Assembly: GCA_965203095.1 (NCBI GenBank)
Contig: OZ241877.1
Span: 1,152,001-1,216,000 of the forward strand
Origin: Bdellovibrionales bacterium
GTDB lineage: Bacteria; Bdellovibrionota; Bdellovibrionia; Bdellovibrionales; UBA1609
Reading direction: 5' to 3'
DNA: 64,000 nucleotides
In this document: positions 38,462-46,883 of the stretch, piece after piece
Layout of the letters: each line of letters begins with the position of its first letter
How positions within the stretch are numbered: the first letter of the stretch is position 1
The notes under the pieces: model-generated
What the model saw: only the letters and a program-made list of their open reading frames with translations
Database searches by the model: none
What the model was told of the DNA's origin: nothing
Made by a program: the position numbers and the translations under genes

Positions 38462-39478
38462 ATGAGACCTCAAAAAATTTTTATTACTGGTGTGGCTGGC
38501 TTTTTAGGGAGCCATTTAGCCGAGTGGGCTTTGTCTCAAAATCATGAAGTCCTAGGTTGCGATAATCTCTCATTAGGCAAGAGAAACAACATTCCTAAAG
38601 GGGTTGAGTTTTATGAATATGATGTTTTGGATTTAGAAAAAAACAAAAAAACTATGGCGGGTGTGGATGTGGTTTTTCATGCTTCAGCTTACCCTTATGA
38701 TAATTTCAGCCTTTTTTCCCCCTTTAAAGTCACACAAAACACAGTATCCACAACAGCCAGTGTTTTAAGTTCAGCTATTTTTAACAACATACCGCGGTTT
38801 ATTTATTGCTCTTCAATGTCTCGCTATGGGAATAACAAAAGCCCTTTTGAGGAAAACATGCCCCCTCGCCCCCTCACTCCTTATGGTATAGCTAAAGCTT
38901 ATGGGGAAAACCTTGTAAAAAGTTTATCTCAAGTGCATGGTTTTGAGTATGTGATCTTAATCCCTCACAATATTTTTGGTCCCCGGCAAATATTCAATGA
39001 TCCTCATAGAAACGCTGTTTCCCTCATCATCAATCAAATGCTCCAAGACGGCCCTCCGATCATTTATGGGGATGGGGAACAAAAAAGAGGCTTTAGCCCC
39101 ATTCAAGATCTCAAGCCTCTTTTTGAGGGGATTTTATTTTCAGAAAAAGTCCGAAATCAAACACTCAATATTGGTCCTGATGAGGAGTCCATTACTCTCA
39201 ATGAGCTGATAAATATTTTAAATAAATACATGGGTAAAAAGCTTAAAGCGGTCTATAAGCCTTTTCGCCCTCAAGAGATAAAAACAGCCCTTTGTAGCAG
39301 TGAAAAGGCGAGACAACTGTTAAATTATAAAAAAGCCATAGCCCTAAGGCCCGCACTGATAGAGTTGGTGGAATGGATTAAAGAGCAAGGGCCTGTAAAG
39401 TTTTCCCATAATCAAAAAGCAGAATTGAGTTGGCCCCCTTATCAGCCACAAAAAAATGACCGGCAAAGTCAATTTTAA
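38462..39478 (+). CDS. NAD-dependent epimerase/dehydratase (extended SDR)
   Basis: ITGVAGFLGSHL, CSSMSRYG, YGIAK, HNIFGP, IYGDGEQKR. Confidence 0.93.
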   Translation: MRPQKIFITGVAGFLGSHLAEWALSQNHEVLGCDNLSLGKRNNIPKGVEFYEYDVLDLEKNKKTMAGVDVVFHASAYPYDNFSLFSPFKVTQNTVSTTASVLSSAIFNNIPRFIYCSSMSRYGNNKSPFEENMPPRPLTPYGIAKAYGENLVKSLSQVHGFEYVILIPHNIFGPRQIFNDPHRNAVSLIINQMLQDGPPIIYGDGEQKRGFSPIQDLKPLFEGILFSEKVRNQTLNIGPDEESITLNELINILNKYMGKKLKAVYKPFRPQEIKTALCSSEKARQLLNYKKAIALRPALIELVEWIKEQGPVKFSHNQKAELSWPPYQPQKNDRQSQF

Positions 39479-40409
39479 AGAGGCCCTATCACTTCTCATA
39501 GAGGGGCATGTTCTGGCCTTGCCTACAGAAACAGTTTACGGGTTGGCCGGGCGAATTGATAACAAAAAAACTATTGAAAAAATATTCTCACTCAAAAAAC
39601 GACCTTTTTTTGACCCGCTAATTGTCCATTGTTTTGATAAAAAACAGGCTTTATCTTATTTGTCTCAGGAAAAAGATTTTGTTGAAGGGCTTTTTGATTT
39701 CTTCTCCCCCGGCCCTTTGACCGTGGTGGCTCAAAAAAACAAGAAAATCTCTCCTCTCATCACAGCGGGACAAGCCACAGTGGCCCTTCGTATCCCGCAA
39801 CATCCTTTGATGAGAAAGATTTTAAGGCAAATCAAAATTCCTCTGGCTGTCCCCAGTGCCAATGTGTATGGCAAGGTCAGCCCTGTTCGAGCAGATCATG
39901 TGCTGGCGGGGTTTAAACAAAAAGTTCCTGTTTTAGATGGCGGACCATGCAAAAAAGGGATAGAATCTACTATTGTTTGCCCCGATAGCCAAAAAAAGAA
40001 ATTATTTATTTTAAGGCCGGGGATAATTACTAAAAGACAATTAGGGTTTTTTCTCAAAAAAAATCAAATAGATTTTGAGCTTGAGGACAAAAAAGATCCT
40101 TACCAACCGGGAGGGCAAAAATCTCATTACAAACCTCCCTCTCCACTTTATATTATAGAAACTCAGAAAACAGAAAGAGAAATAAGAGCTTTTTTATTAA
40201 AAAAATTCCCCAACAAAACACTAAAAAAACTAAAGTTGGAATCAGATCCTAAAAAGTCAGCCCGTTTCCTTTACTCCCGTTTAAGGCCAGCGTCTAAAAC
40301 AAGAAAAAGTGTCTTGTTTGTCCAAAAAACCAAGAAACAAAGTGGAGGGCTTTGGCCAGCGATCTGGGATCGTTTAAACAAAGCCTCTTCTAAAAAATAC
40401 AGGCTTTAG
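39456..40409 (+). CDS. L-threonylcarbamoyladenylate synthase (Sua5/TsaC)
   Basis: PTETVYGL, KKRP..DPLIVH, PGPLT, PSAN, GIESTIV, PG...SHYKP. Confidence 0.95.
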   Translation: MTGKVNFKEALSLLIEGHVLALPTETVYGLAGRIDNKKTIEKIFSLKKRPFFDPLIVHCFDKKQALSYLSQEKDFVEGLFDFFSPGPLTVVAQKNKKISPLITAGQATVALRIPQHPLMRKILRQIKIPLAVPSANVYGKVSPVRADHVLAGFKQKVPVLDGGPCKKGIESTIVCPDSQKKKLFILRPGIITKRQLGFFLKKNQIDFELEDKKDPYQPGGQKSHYKPPSPLYIIETQKTEREIRAFLLKKFPNKTLKKLKLESDPKKSARFLYSRLRPASKTRKSVLFVQKTKKQSGGLWPAIWDRLNKASSKKYRL

Positions 40410-40421
40410 AGGAGAGACAGG

Positions 40422-40958
40422 TCACAAAACCATCTCCTGCCCACAATTTTTATAAGCAGGGTTAATGGGATTGTTTGCCAAACCGCTTTCTTGAAACCAA
40501 AGGCTTTTGTCCTTCGCACAGTAAAACATTTTATCTTTCATATCCCTTGTCAGGCCATAGACCTGAGCCAGCTCAAAAAAAGAGTTAAAAAGCTTTTTCA
40601 CATTTCTTTTTTTCTGTTTTTCATCTAAGGAGGAGTTGAAATAGATGACAGCCAACTGCTCCTCAATGGATCTAAAAAGCCTGTGAGAGTGGATCCTATG
40701 GTGAAATTGCGGGACCAATGAAATTTGCCGATTCAGCCGGGAGATGATTTCTTGAGTTTCCGCTATTTCTGTTTGAATGGCCTGGCTGTCCCCATTGAGT
40801 AGAGTTTTATGAAAATCCGCCGCTTGCTCTAAAAGCTTGAGATAGTTCATCCTCATAAGAGGTTCCAGCTCAAAAGCAGATTGGGCCGTTCCAGAAAAAA
40901 CAAAAAGGGAACAAGCTGTTAAAAAGCGAAAAAATCGAAAAGAAAAAACCTTGTTCAT
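40422..40958 (-). CDS. Exported helical protein, DUF3347-like
   Basis: Signal peptide (AQS-A); C-terminal FYC....LWFQ.....NP......CG motif. Confidence 0.55.
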   Translation of the reverse strand: MNKVFSFRFFRFLTACSLFVFSGTAQSAFELEPLMRMNYLKLLEQAADFHKTLLNGDSQAIQTEIAETQEIISRLNRQISLVPQFHHRIHSHRLFRSIEEQLAVIYFNSSLDEKQKKRNVKKLFNSFFELAQVYGLTRDMKDKMFYCAKDKSLWFQESGLANNPINPAYKNCGQEMVL

Positions 40959-41010
40959 GCCCCTTATATCAATGAGTTTTTTTGAGAAGTCAATACTCTA
41001 ATTAAAAAAT

Positions 41011-41150
41011 ATAGCTGTCCGACATGGCCCCCCGCACAAGGGCCAGGCGAAAGTCGGGAGGAAATATCCCCATTTCGCGGGAAAATGCTTTGGCCCCTCA
41101 CCGCTGGCTTTTGCTTATGCGATAAAGAACAGAGGCTTTTCACGGAAGAT
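41011..41150. repeat. Repeat family A, partial copy 6 (inverted relative to copy 4)
   Basis: CTGGCTTTTGCTTATGCGATAAAGAACAGAGGCTTTTCACGG is the reverse complement of the left part of the copy at 24384. Confidence 0.7.
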
Positions 41151-41176
41151 GAATGAGTATGACTTCATAAGAAACC

Positions 41177-42376
41177 TTAAAATTTATAAAAACCCGTCAG
41201 TTGAACATTACTGTAAAAATTATCTTTGGCAAAAAACTCTTGAATTTTAAGGCGAGGGGTAAAAAATCCGGCCAATAAGCTCAGTTCAAAGTTCTTTTGA
41301 ATCTGGGTTTTGAGTTGAATATCCACCTCCTTACCTAAATTATTAGGCCCCAATATAGAGTCAGAAAGCCCCTTCCCCTGAATCAAAGAACCAAAATAGC
41401 CCCAAACAGGAACTATTTGTTTTTCTGTCTGGCTCAAATCATAAAACGAAACCTGAAAGTCAAATAATTTTTTAGCTGAACCACTCAAACCCAGGAAATA
41501 ATAAGTCAAATTACCCCATAAGAAAATGTCCATAAGGCCGGCATTTTCATGGCGATTGTAAAGCCAGGGGTTATATCCTTGGCTGTCTTTATGATAGCCA
41601 GCAAAAAATCTGCTGTTCAAAAAATCAGGATAAGAATAGCTCAAAAGGAAGTGCAACATGTTCTCTTCCCATTTGAACCGAAGGCCCTGCCCATGCCCTA
41701 TAGCTACAAAAGTGTAATCCAGATCCATTACTATCGTCCCCTCAATGCCTAAGCCATAACGGGACATTTTGCTCGCTCTTTCCTTTAAAAAGGAATCTCC
41801 TAAATAGGCGGCATGAACACTAATATAATCAATGTAATCCATTTCAGACTTTACATCCACAAAAAAGCCAAAACCATATTTCAGCTCCGGAATCCTTTTC
41901 CCAGCAATCCATCTGTCGGGGAGATGAGCAGACCACAAATTGACATTGAGAAGGCGTGCACTATATTCTAAAAACACCCCGTCAAAAGTATAAAAAAAAG
42001 GCTCGTAATCATTTAAAGAAACTATTTGTGGGAAGGGGCTTTCATAAAGGTTTCGTCCTATGTTGAGCTGAAGATCCTCATTGATAAGCCAGCTGATGGA
42101 GGGGTAGATTTTGAGGGATTTTTTAAAAGACAAAGAGCCTTCATAAGAGTTTCCAGCTAAAAAATGAGCCTGACTTTTAAAACGGTTGCTAAAACGAAAT
42201 TCTCCGCTCAAATGAAGACGACCCTGTAATAGAAAAGCAGTGGACAAGTTATCAGGCCCTAACCAGCCCAAACGGGCACGAACAGAACCTTGCCCATCTC
42301 CCTTAGCTATTACAATTTGTGGCAAAAAAAGCCAAAGCATGAGGAAAAGGCGGGTTTTCCATTGAAAATTAAGCAT
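41177..42376 (-). CDS. Outer-membrane beta-barrel protein, alginate-export-family-like
   Basis: Signal peptide, alternating amphipathic strands, FDGV, H..AGLMD, LGKEVD, C-terminal Phe. Confidence 0.65.
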   Translation of the reverse strand: MLNFQWKTRLFLMLWLFLPQIVIAKGDGQGSVRARLGWLGPDNLSTAFLLQGRLHLSGEFRFSNRFKSQAHFLAGNSYEGSLSFKKSLKIYPSISWLINEDLQLNIGRNLYESPFPQIVSLNDYEPFFYTFDGVFLEYSARLLNVNLWSAHLPDRWIAGKRIPELKYGFGFFVDVKSEMDYIDYISVHAAYLGDSFLKERASKMSRYGLGIEGTIVMDLDYTFVAIGHGQGLRFKWEENMLHFLLSYSYPDFLNSRFFAGYHKDSQGYNPWLYNRHENAGLMDIFLWGNLTYYFLGLSGSAKKLFDFQVSFYDLSQTEKQIVPVWGYFGSLIQGKGLSDSILGPNNLGKEVDIQLKTQIQKNFELSLLAGFFTPRLKIQEFFAKDNFYSNVQLTGFYKF

Positions 42377-42377
42377 A

Positions 42378-43511
42378 TTATATCAAATCCCCATTCCATA
42401 ATTGATTTAAAAAGTCTGTCCAAGGCCAAATTTCAATTTTATCCTTTGTGATTCTTTTTTGAGGAACCTGAGAGATAAGAAAATATTTTTTTATCAGTTT
42501 TTCCTCTTTAAGTGCTCTTAAACCTTTAAGGTGCTTATCTTGAATGTCCCTACTGGATTTAATCTCTATAGCCAACTCATTTCCCACAATCAAGTCCACC
42601 TCCTTATGAGATACAGATCGCCAATAAGCCAATTTTAACCTCCTTCTAAAATAGCTTAAGAAAGCCCGTATTTCTAAAATAAGAAAATGCTCAAAAGCTT
42701 TCCCAAACAGCTCGCTTTTGTCTTCAATAAAAGGACGATGGCAAAGGGCATTAGCAATCCCAACATCAAAGAGATAATACTTTGATCGGGAAATAGCTTT
42801 TCGCTTTTTAGTTTTTGTCCAACCGGGAATTTTAAAACCTAAAAGAGTGTCATCTAATATTTGAATATAATTTTTTAATGTGCCAGGGGATACTTGAAGA
42901 TCTTTGGAGAAATTTTCATAATTTATCTCTTGACCATTAGATAAAGCTATCGAATCCAAAAATTCAGCGAAAGCTTGTATATTTCTGGACAAAGCCTCAT
43001 GTTGTATTTCCTCTCTGAGATAAAGGCTAATGTAGGCATTTAGCTCTTCCTTATAATCCGAGCTGTCATAAATTTGAGGCAATCCCCCACGGTTTAAATA
43101 GCGGATCAAATTGAACTTTGGGATCTCCTGCCATGTTAATGGAAAAAACTCCGCTTTCCAGGCCCGGCCAGCTAACAAATTAACTCCCTTTCGCTTTAAC
43201 TTTCTGGAACTGCTACCCATCAATAGGAATCGGAAACTCCGTTTTTCAATAAGCCGGTGGACTTCATCTAATAAGTTAGGGAGTTTTTGTATCTCATCAA
43301 TAATCACAATTTGATTTTTCTGATTTTCCTCTTCTAAAATTTTGGGGTTTTTAATTAAAGATCTATAAGTATTGGCGTCCAACAAATCATACATTTTGGC
43401 TTGAGGAAGAGACTGCTTTACTAAAGTGGTTTTCCCTGTGGAACGAGGGCCGAAAAGAAAAAACGATTTTTTCCTCAATAAAGCCACTAAATCTAACTGC
43501 CTTTTATACAT
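42378..43511 (-). CDS. AAA+ ATPase with C-terminal PD-(D/E)XK nuclease (AAA_14 + DUF4143 type)
   Basis: GPRSTGKTT, IIDEIQK, MGSS, LAGR, GGLP, K.YLFDVG, FEH, EVDLIV..AIEIK. Confidence 0.92.
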   Translation of the reverse strand: MYKRQLDLVALLRKKSFFLFGPRSTGKTTLVKQSLPQAKMYDLLDANTYRSLIKNPKILEEENQKNQIVIIDEIQKLPNLLDEVHRLIEKRSFRFLLMGSSSRKLKRKGVNLLAGRAWKAEFFPLTWQEIPKFNLIRYLNRGGLPQIYDSSDYKEELNAYISLYLREEIQHEALSRNIQAFAEFLDSIALSNGQEINYENFSKDLQVSPGTLKNYIQILDDTLLGFKIPGWTKTKKRKAISRSKYYLFDVGIANALCHRPFIEDKSELFGKAFEHFLILEIRAFLSYFRRRLKLAYWRSVSHKEVDLIVGNELAIEIKSSRDIQDKHLKGLRALKEEKLIKKYFLISQVPQKRITKDKIEIWPWTDFLNQLWNGDLI

Positions 43512-43520
43512 AGATTTCTA

Positions 43521-43549
43521 ATAATAAGCTTTATTTTTATTATTTTCAA
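43521..43549 (-). promoter_or_regulatory. Sigma70-type promoter of the DUF4143-type gene, probably near-leaderless
   Basis: Minus strand TTGAAA-17 bp-TATTAT, 9 nt before ATG, no Shine-Dalgarno. Confidence 0.6.
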
Positions 43550-43637
43550 CATTTATGTTGTGGATTTTTATTATTTTCAACATTTATGTTGTGGATTTTT
43601 ATTATTTTCAACATTTATGTTGTGGATTTTTATTATT
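43533..43637. repeat. Perfect tandem repeat, 3.4 x 31 bp, with internal palindrome CAACAT-TT-ATGTTG
   Basis: Unit ATTTTTATTATTTTCAACATTTATGTTGTGG at 43533, 43564, 43595, plus a 12-bp partial at 43626. Confidence 0.97.
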
Positions 43638-43678
43638 CGGCCTTGGAAAAGTCCTTTTGTTTAGAACTCCAGCTTATG

Positions 43679-43765
43679 TGTCGTCTGAATGTCGTCTGCC
43701 TCCTGCGGAGTAGTCGGCAGGCTGTCTCTTAAAGCCAGTGCGGGTTTGTCGTCTGAATGTCGTCT
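43679..43765. repeat. Two identical 19-bp boxes TGTCGTCTGAATGTCGTCT
   Basis: Copies at 43679-43697 and 43747-43765; each is TGTCGTCT twice at 11-bp period. Confidence 0.9.
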
Positions 43766-44079
43766 AAAAAAAGGGAGGATATAGACAGAGATTAGAGGGA
43801 AAAATAGAGGGTTTAGAGCTTAACCCGCCCTAATCCAGCTGTGTTTAATGCTCCAGTTGATTCTTAATCAAAAATATCTTCATAAATGAACCAAATTAAA
43901 TCGCCATTAAAGCAGATCACAGCTCAAAAAAACCAATGGGCTTTTTAGCAAATTCTGTCAACGAAATACTGAACATGGACAGAAATGACTGGTTTTTTAC
44001 AGTAAAAGAGATTAAATGATTGACTCCCATCACTAAAAAGATTAAAAGCACTTGATTAAATGATTTTAGGAGAAAACTG

Positions 44080-46872
44080 ATGAAAAAATCATTATGCATC
44101 CTAACAGTAATGGCCTTTTTTGCCCCCGCACTGGCAGAAGAAAGGCCAACCTCTCTAGAATCCAAATCTATAGAGGGAAAAGTTCAAACCACTACCCCTT
44201 CAAAAAGCAATCTCCATAGCGAAGAGCCTATAGATAAAATCAAAGTGACGGGTTCCCGCATCAACCGCATCGGGACAGAAGGGCCCAGCCCACTTTATAT
44301 TTATTCCCAAGAAGACTTGGAAAATTCTGGCTATAGCTCCGCCGGTGACTTTTTAAGAGACACAACCATATCTCATTTTGGAGTGGGAAGGGAGCAGTCG
44401 GGAAGGAGCACAGCTGGAGTATCCTCTGCTGGCATTAAAGGGGAACAAGCTTTGATCCTTATCAATGGCCTGAGAGTGGTTGAAGACCCTCATGCCAATG
44501 CTGTGGATCTTAATCTCATCCCCTTATTTGCTATAGAAAGAGTAGAGATTTTAAAAGACGGGGCCTCAGCCCTATATGGCTCAGATGCCGTGGGTGGGGT
44601 GATCAACTTTATCACCAAAAAAGATTTTTCTGGAATAGAGCTTCAGGCCCAGGCCAGCCCTACAGCATGGCCTTTGGTTAAGGGAGGTTCTCGCGGGGAT
44701 ATAGCTGTCATAGCAGGGGAGAGTAGCAGAGATTGGTCTTATATCAGCTCTTTTCACCTCCGTTTTCAAGACCAGGTCCACAATGCCGATCGGGCATGGA
44801 CTAAAAAATCTATTTCCCCTATAGGTCCCTACGGCATTTTCACAGTTGGGAGAGGAAAGCCCTATATCGATCCCTCCTGTCCTAATATAACCTCCGATGG
44901 ATGTGAGTTCAATGTAGCTGGTCACTCCAGCAAGCTCCCTCGGCAAAGCCAATTATACGGTTATTTGCAAGCTGATTACAAAATTTTTGGAGAGAATAAG
45001 CTCTATACCCAAGTTTTATCCAGCTGGAAAAACACCAACTGGTTTTATGCTCCTGTTCCTGGAGGCTTGCCAATCCCAGCACAGCATAAAATGAGCTATG
45101 CCACAGGCCAACCGGGAGTTTTAAGGTTTCGCTTTATGGAGGCGGGGAAAAGAGATACCACAACAAATAACTTTGCTGGAGATCTCACTGTGGGGCTAAG
45201 GGGCTGGCTTTCCCACTCTTGGGACTATGATATTAATTTGAAATTAGCCCATATCACAAAAAACAACAAGGAAAAGGGCCTTCTGTTAAAAAAAGAGCTT
45301 ACTCAGGCCATTTTAACAGGGGTTTATGATCCCTTTAATAAAAGCAGAAGAGACCTTTCAACAGCCCTTTACACAGCTAAGGACAATAATGATTCCATAT
45401 TGCTTTCCAGCTCTTTAGATTTTTCCGGGGATCTCGGGTTCTTATCCAAAACCTTAAATGATTTGAATTTAGCTACGGGCATTCAAGCCTATTTTAAAAA
45501 TTATGACCAAAATGCGGACAAAAAATCAAAAGCTGGTGAAATTTTATCTAACGCTGGAGGAGATGGCTATGGAGAGCGATTTGTTTTGTCCCACTATTTT
45601 GAGATGGGTCATCATTTTTCTGAAATTTTGGAACTGCAACTGGCGGGACGAACGGATTATTACTCCGATGATTTTGGCTCGACTTTCAACCCTAAAGGTG
45701 CCTTTCGATTTCAGCCTTGGCTAAAGCCTATGTTGAAAATCGCGAAAAAGCTGACTTTCAACCCCAAAGTGGCTGTTCGATTCCAACCTCATTCCCGCTT
45801 TTTTTTGAGAGGCAGTGTGGGCACAGCCTTTGTAGCCCCATCACTTGATGATCTCAACCAATCGGACTTTGAAACCTATCCTTGGATTTTTGACACAGTG
45901 GCCTGTTATAACGAATTAAAATCCCAAAAAAGTTTTGCCACAACCTATAAAGCCTTAGGGGAAATGTCAGTAGAAAAAAAGGAAGAATTCGTTAAGGACT
46001 TCCTGATCGAGCAAAAAGATGTGATGGGGAGAAGGAATCTTAAAAAAACTGTCCTATCGGAATTAAAAAAATTATCCCAAAGCTTCCCTCAAAAAGATTA
46101 CTGTAAAGACCGACAAGTTAAGGGCATGGGAAAAGGGAATAAAAAATTAAAAGAAACCAAAGCCATAGTCGCCTCCTTGGGATCAGTCTCACAAATCACT
46201 GATGAGCACAGCCTGACTTTAGATCTATGGTATATCAGAAAAAGCGGAGTCCCAGGTTATGGATTAGGTAAAAAAACTATAGATTCAGAACTTAATTTTG
46301 GAAATGATTATGTTGCCAAAAAGGGGGTGACAGTCAAAAGAAAAAGTTCTCAACATAATCCTATAGATAAAATCCAAACAAAACTTTTAAATCTTGGGAA
46401 AACCCATATTTCCGGTGTGGACATAGATTGGGAGTCGGACATGACAAACATTCGCATTCCAAGTGGGAATCCTTATTTTAAAAGTTCACTCTCTTACATT
46501 TTATTTTTTAGGAAAGAAGATTTCCCTGGGATTGGCTATGTGGATAAAATAGGCAAATTTGGTTCTCCTCGTTGGAGAAACATCAGCTCCTTCGGTTGGA
46601 AAAACAACAAACACAATATTTCTCTAACAGCCCACATTGTGTCCCCTTTTAACAAACGAAGTTCCGAGTTAGAAGATCTCCCTTTATCCATCCGATGGGA
46701 TTTAGATTATCAGTTCATAATGAGTGAAAAAACTTCCATCCGCCTGGGCTGGTCCAATCTGCTTTTTCAAGATCCTCCTTATGACAAAGAGGCGGAAAGC
46801 AACCAATTGGATCATGATATTTTTGAGTCTCGTGGCCCCTTCTTTTTTGCTGGTATCAAACACAAAATTTAG
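44080..46872 (+). CDS. TonB-dependent outer-membrane receptor
   Basis: Signal peptide, IKVTGSRI TonB-box-like segment, LILINGLR, IERVEILKDGASALYGSDAVGGVINFIT plug signature. Confidence 0.95.
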   Translation: MKKSLCILTVMAFFAPALAEERPTSLESKSIEGKVQTTTPSKSNLHSEEPIDKIKVTGSRINRIGTEGPSPLYIYSQEDLENSGYSSAGDFLRDTTISHFGVGREQSGRSTAGVSSAGIKGEQALILINGLRVVEDPHANAVDLNLIPLFAIERVEILKDGASALYGSDAVGGVINFITKKDFSGIELQAQASPTAWPLVKGGSRGDIAVIAGESSRDWSYISSFHLRFQDQVHNADRAWTKKSISPIGPYGIFTVGRGKPYIDPSCPNITSDGCEFNVAGHSSKLPRQSQLYGYLQADYKIFGENKLYTQVLSSWKNTNWFYAPVPGGLPIPAQHKMSYATGQPGVLRFRFMEAGKRDTTTNNFAGDLTVGLRGWLSHSWDYDINLKLAHITKNNKEKGLLLKKELTQAILTGVYDPFNKSRRDLSTALYTAKDNNDSILLSSSLDFSGDLGFLSKTLNDLNLATGIQAYFKNYDQNADKKSKAGEILSNAGGDGYGERFVLSHYFEMGHHFSEILELQLAGRTDYYSDDFGSTFNPKGAFRFQPWLKPMLKIAKKLTFNPKVAVRFQPHSRFFLRGSVGTAFVAPSLDDLNQSDFETYPWIFDTVACYNELKSQKSFATTYKALGEMSVEKKEEFVKDFLIEQKDVMGRRNLKKTVLSELKKLSQSFPQKDYCKDRQVKGMGKGNKKLKETKAIVASLGSVSQITDEHSLTLDLWYIRKSGVPGYGLGKKTIDSELNFGNDYVAKKGVTVKRKSSQHNPIDKIQTKLLNLGKTHISGVDIDWESDMTNIRIPSGNPYFKSSLSYILFFRKEDFPGIGYVDKIGKFGSPRWRNISSFGWKNNKHNISLTAHIVSPFNKRSSELEDLPLSIRWDLDYQFIMSEKTSIRLGWSNLLFQDPPYDKEAESNQLDHDIFESRGPFFFAGIKHKI

Positions 46873-46883
46873 TTTTGGGAAAA

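Noticed and set aside
43533..43765. CRISPR array
   Set aside because: The 31-bp units are head-to-tail with no spacers, the 19-bp boxes occur only twice, and no cas genes are in the window
43770..44079. Riboswitch upstream of the TonB receptor
   Set aside because: No cobalamin, TPP or other aptamer motifs seen
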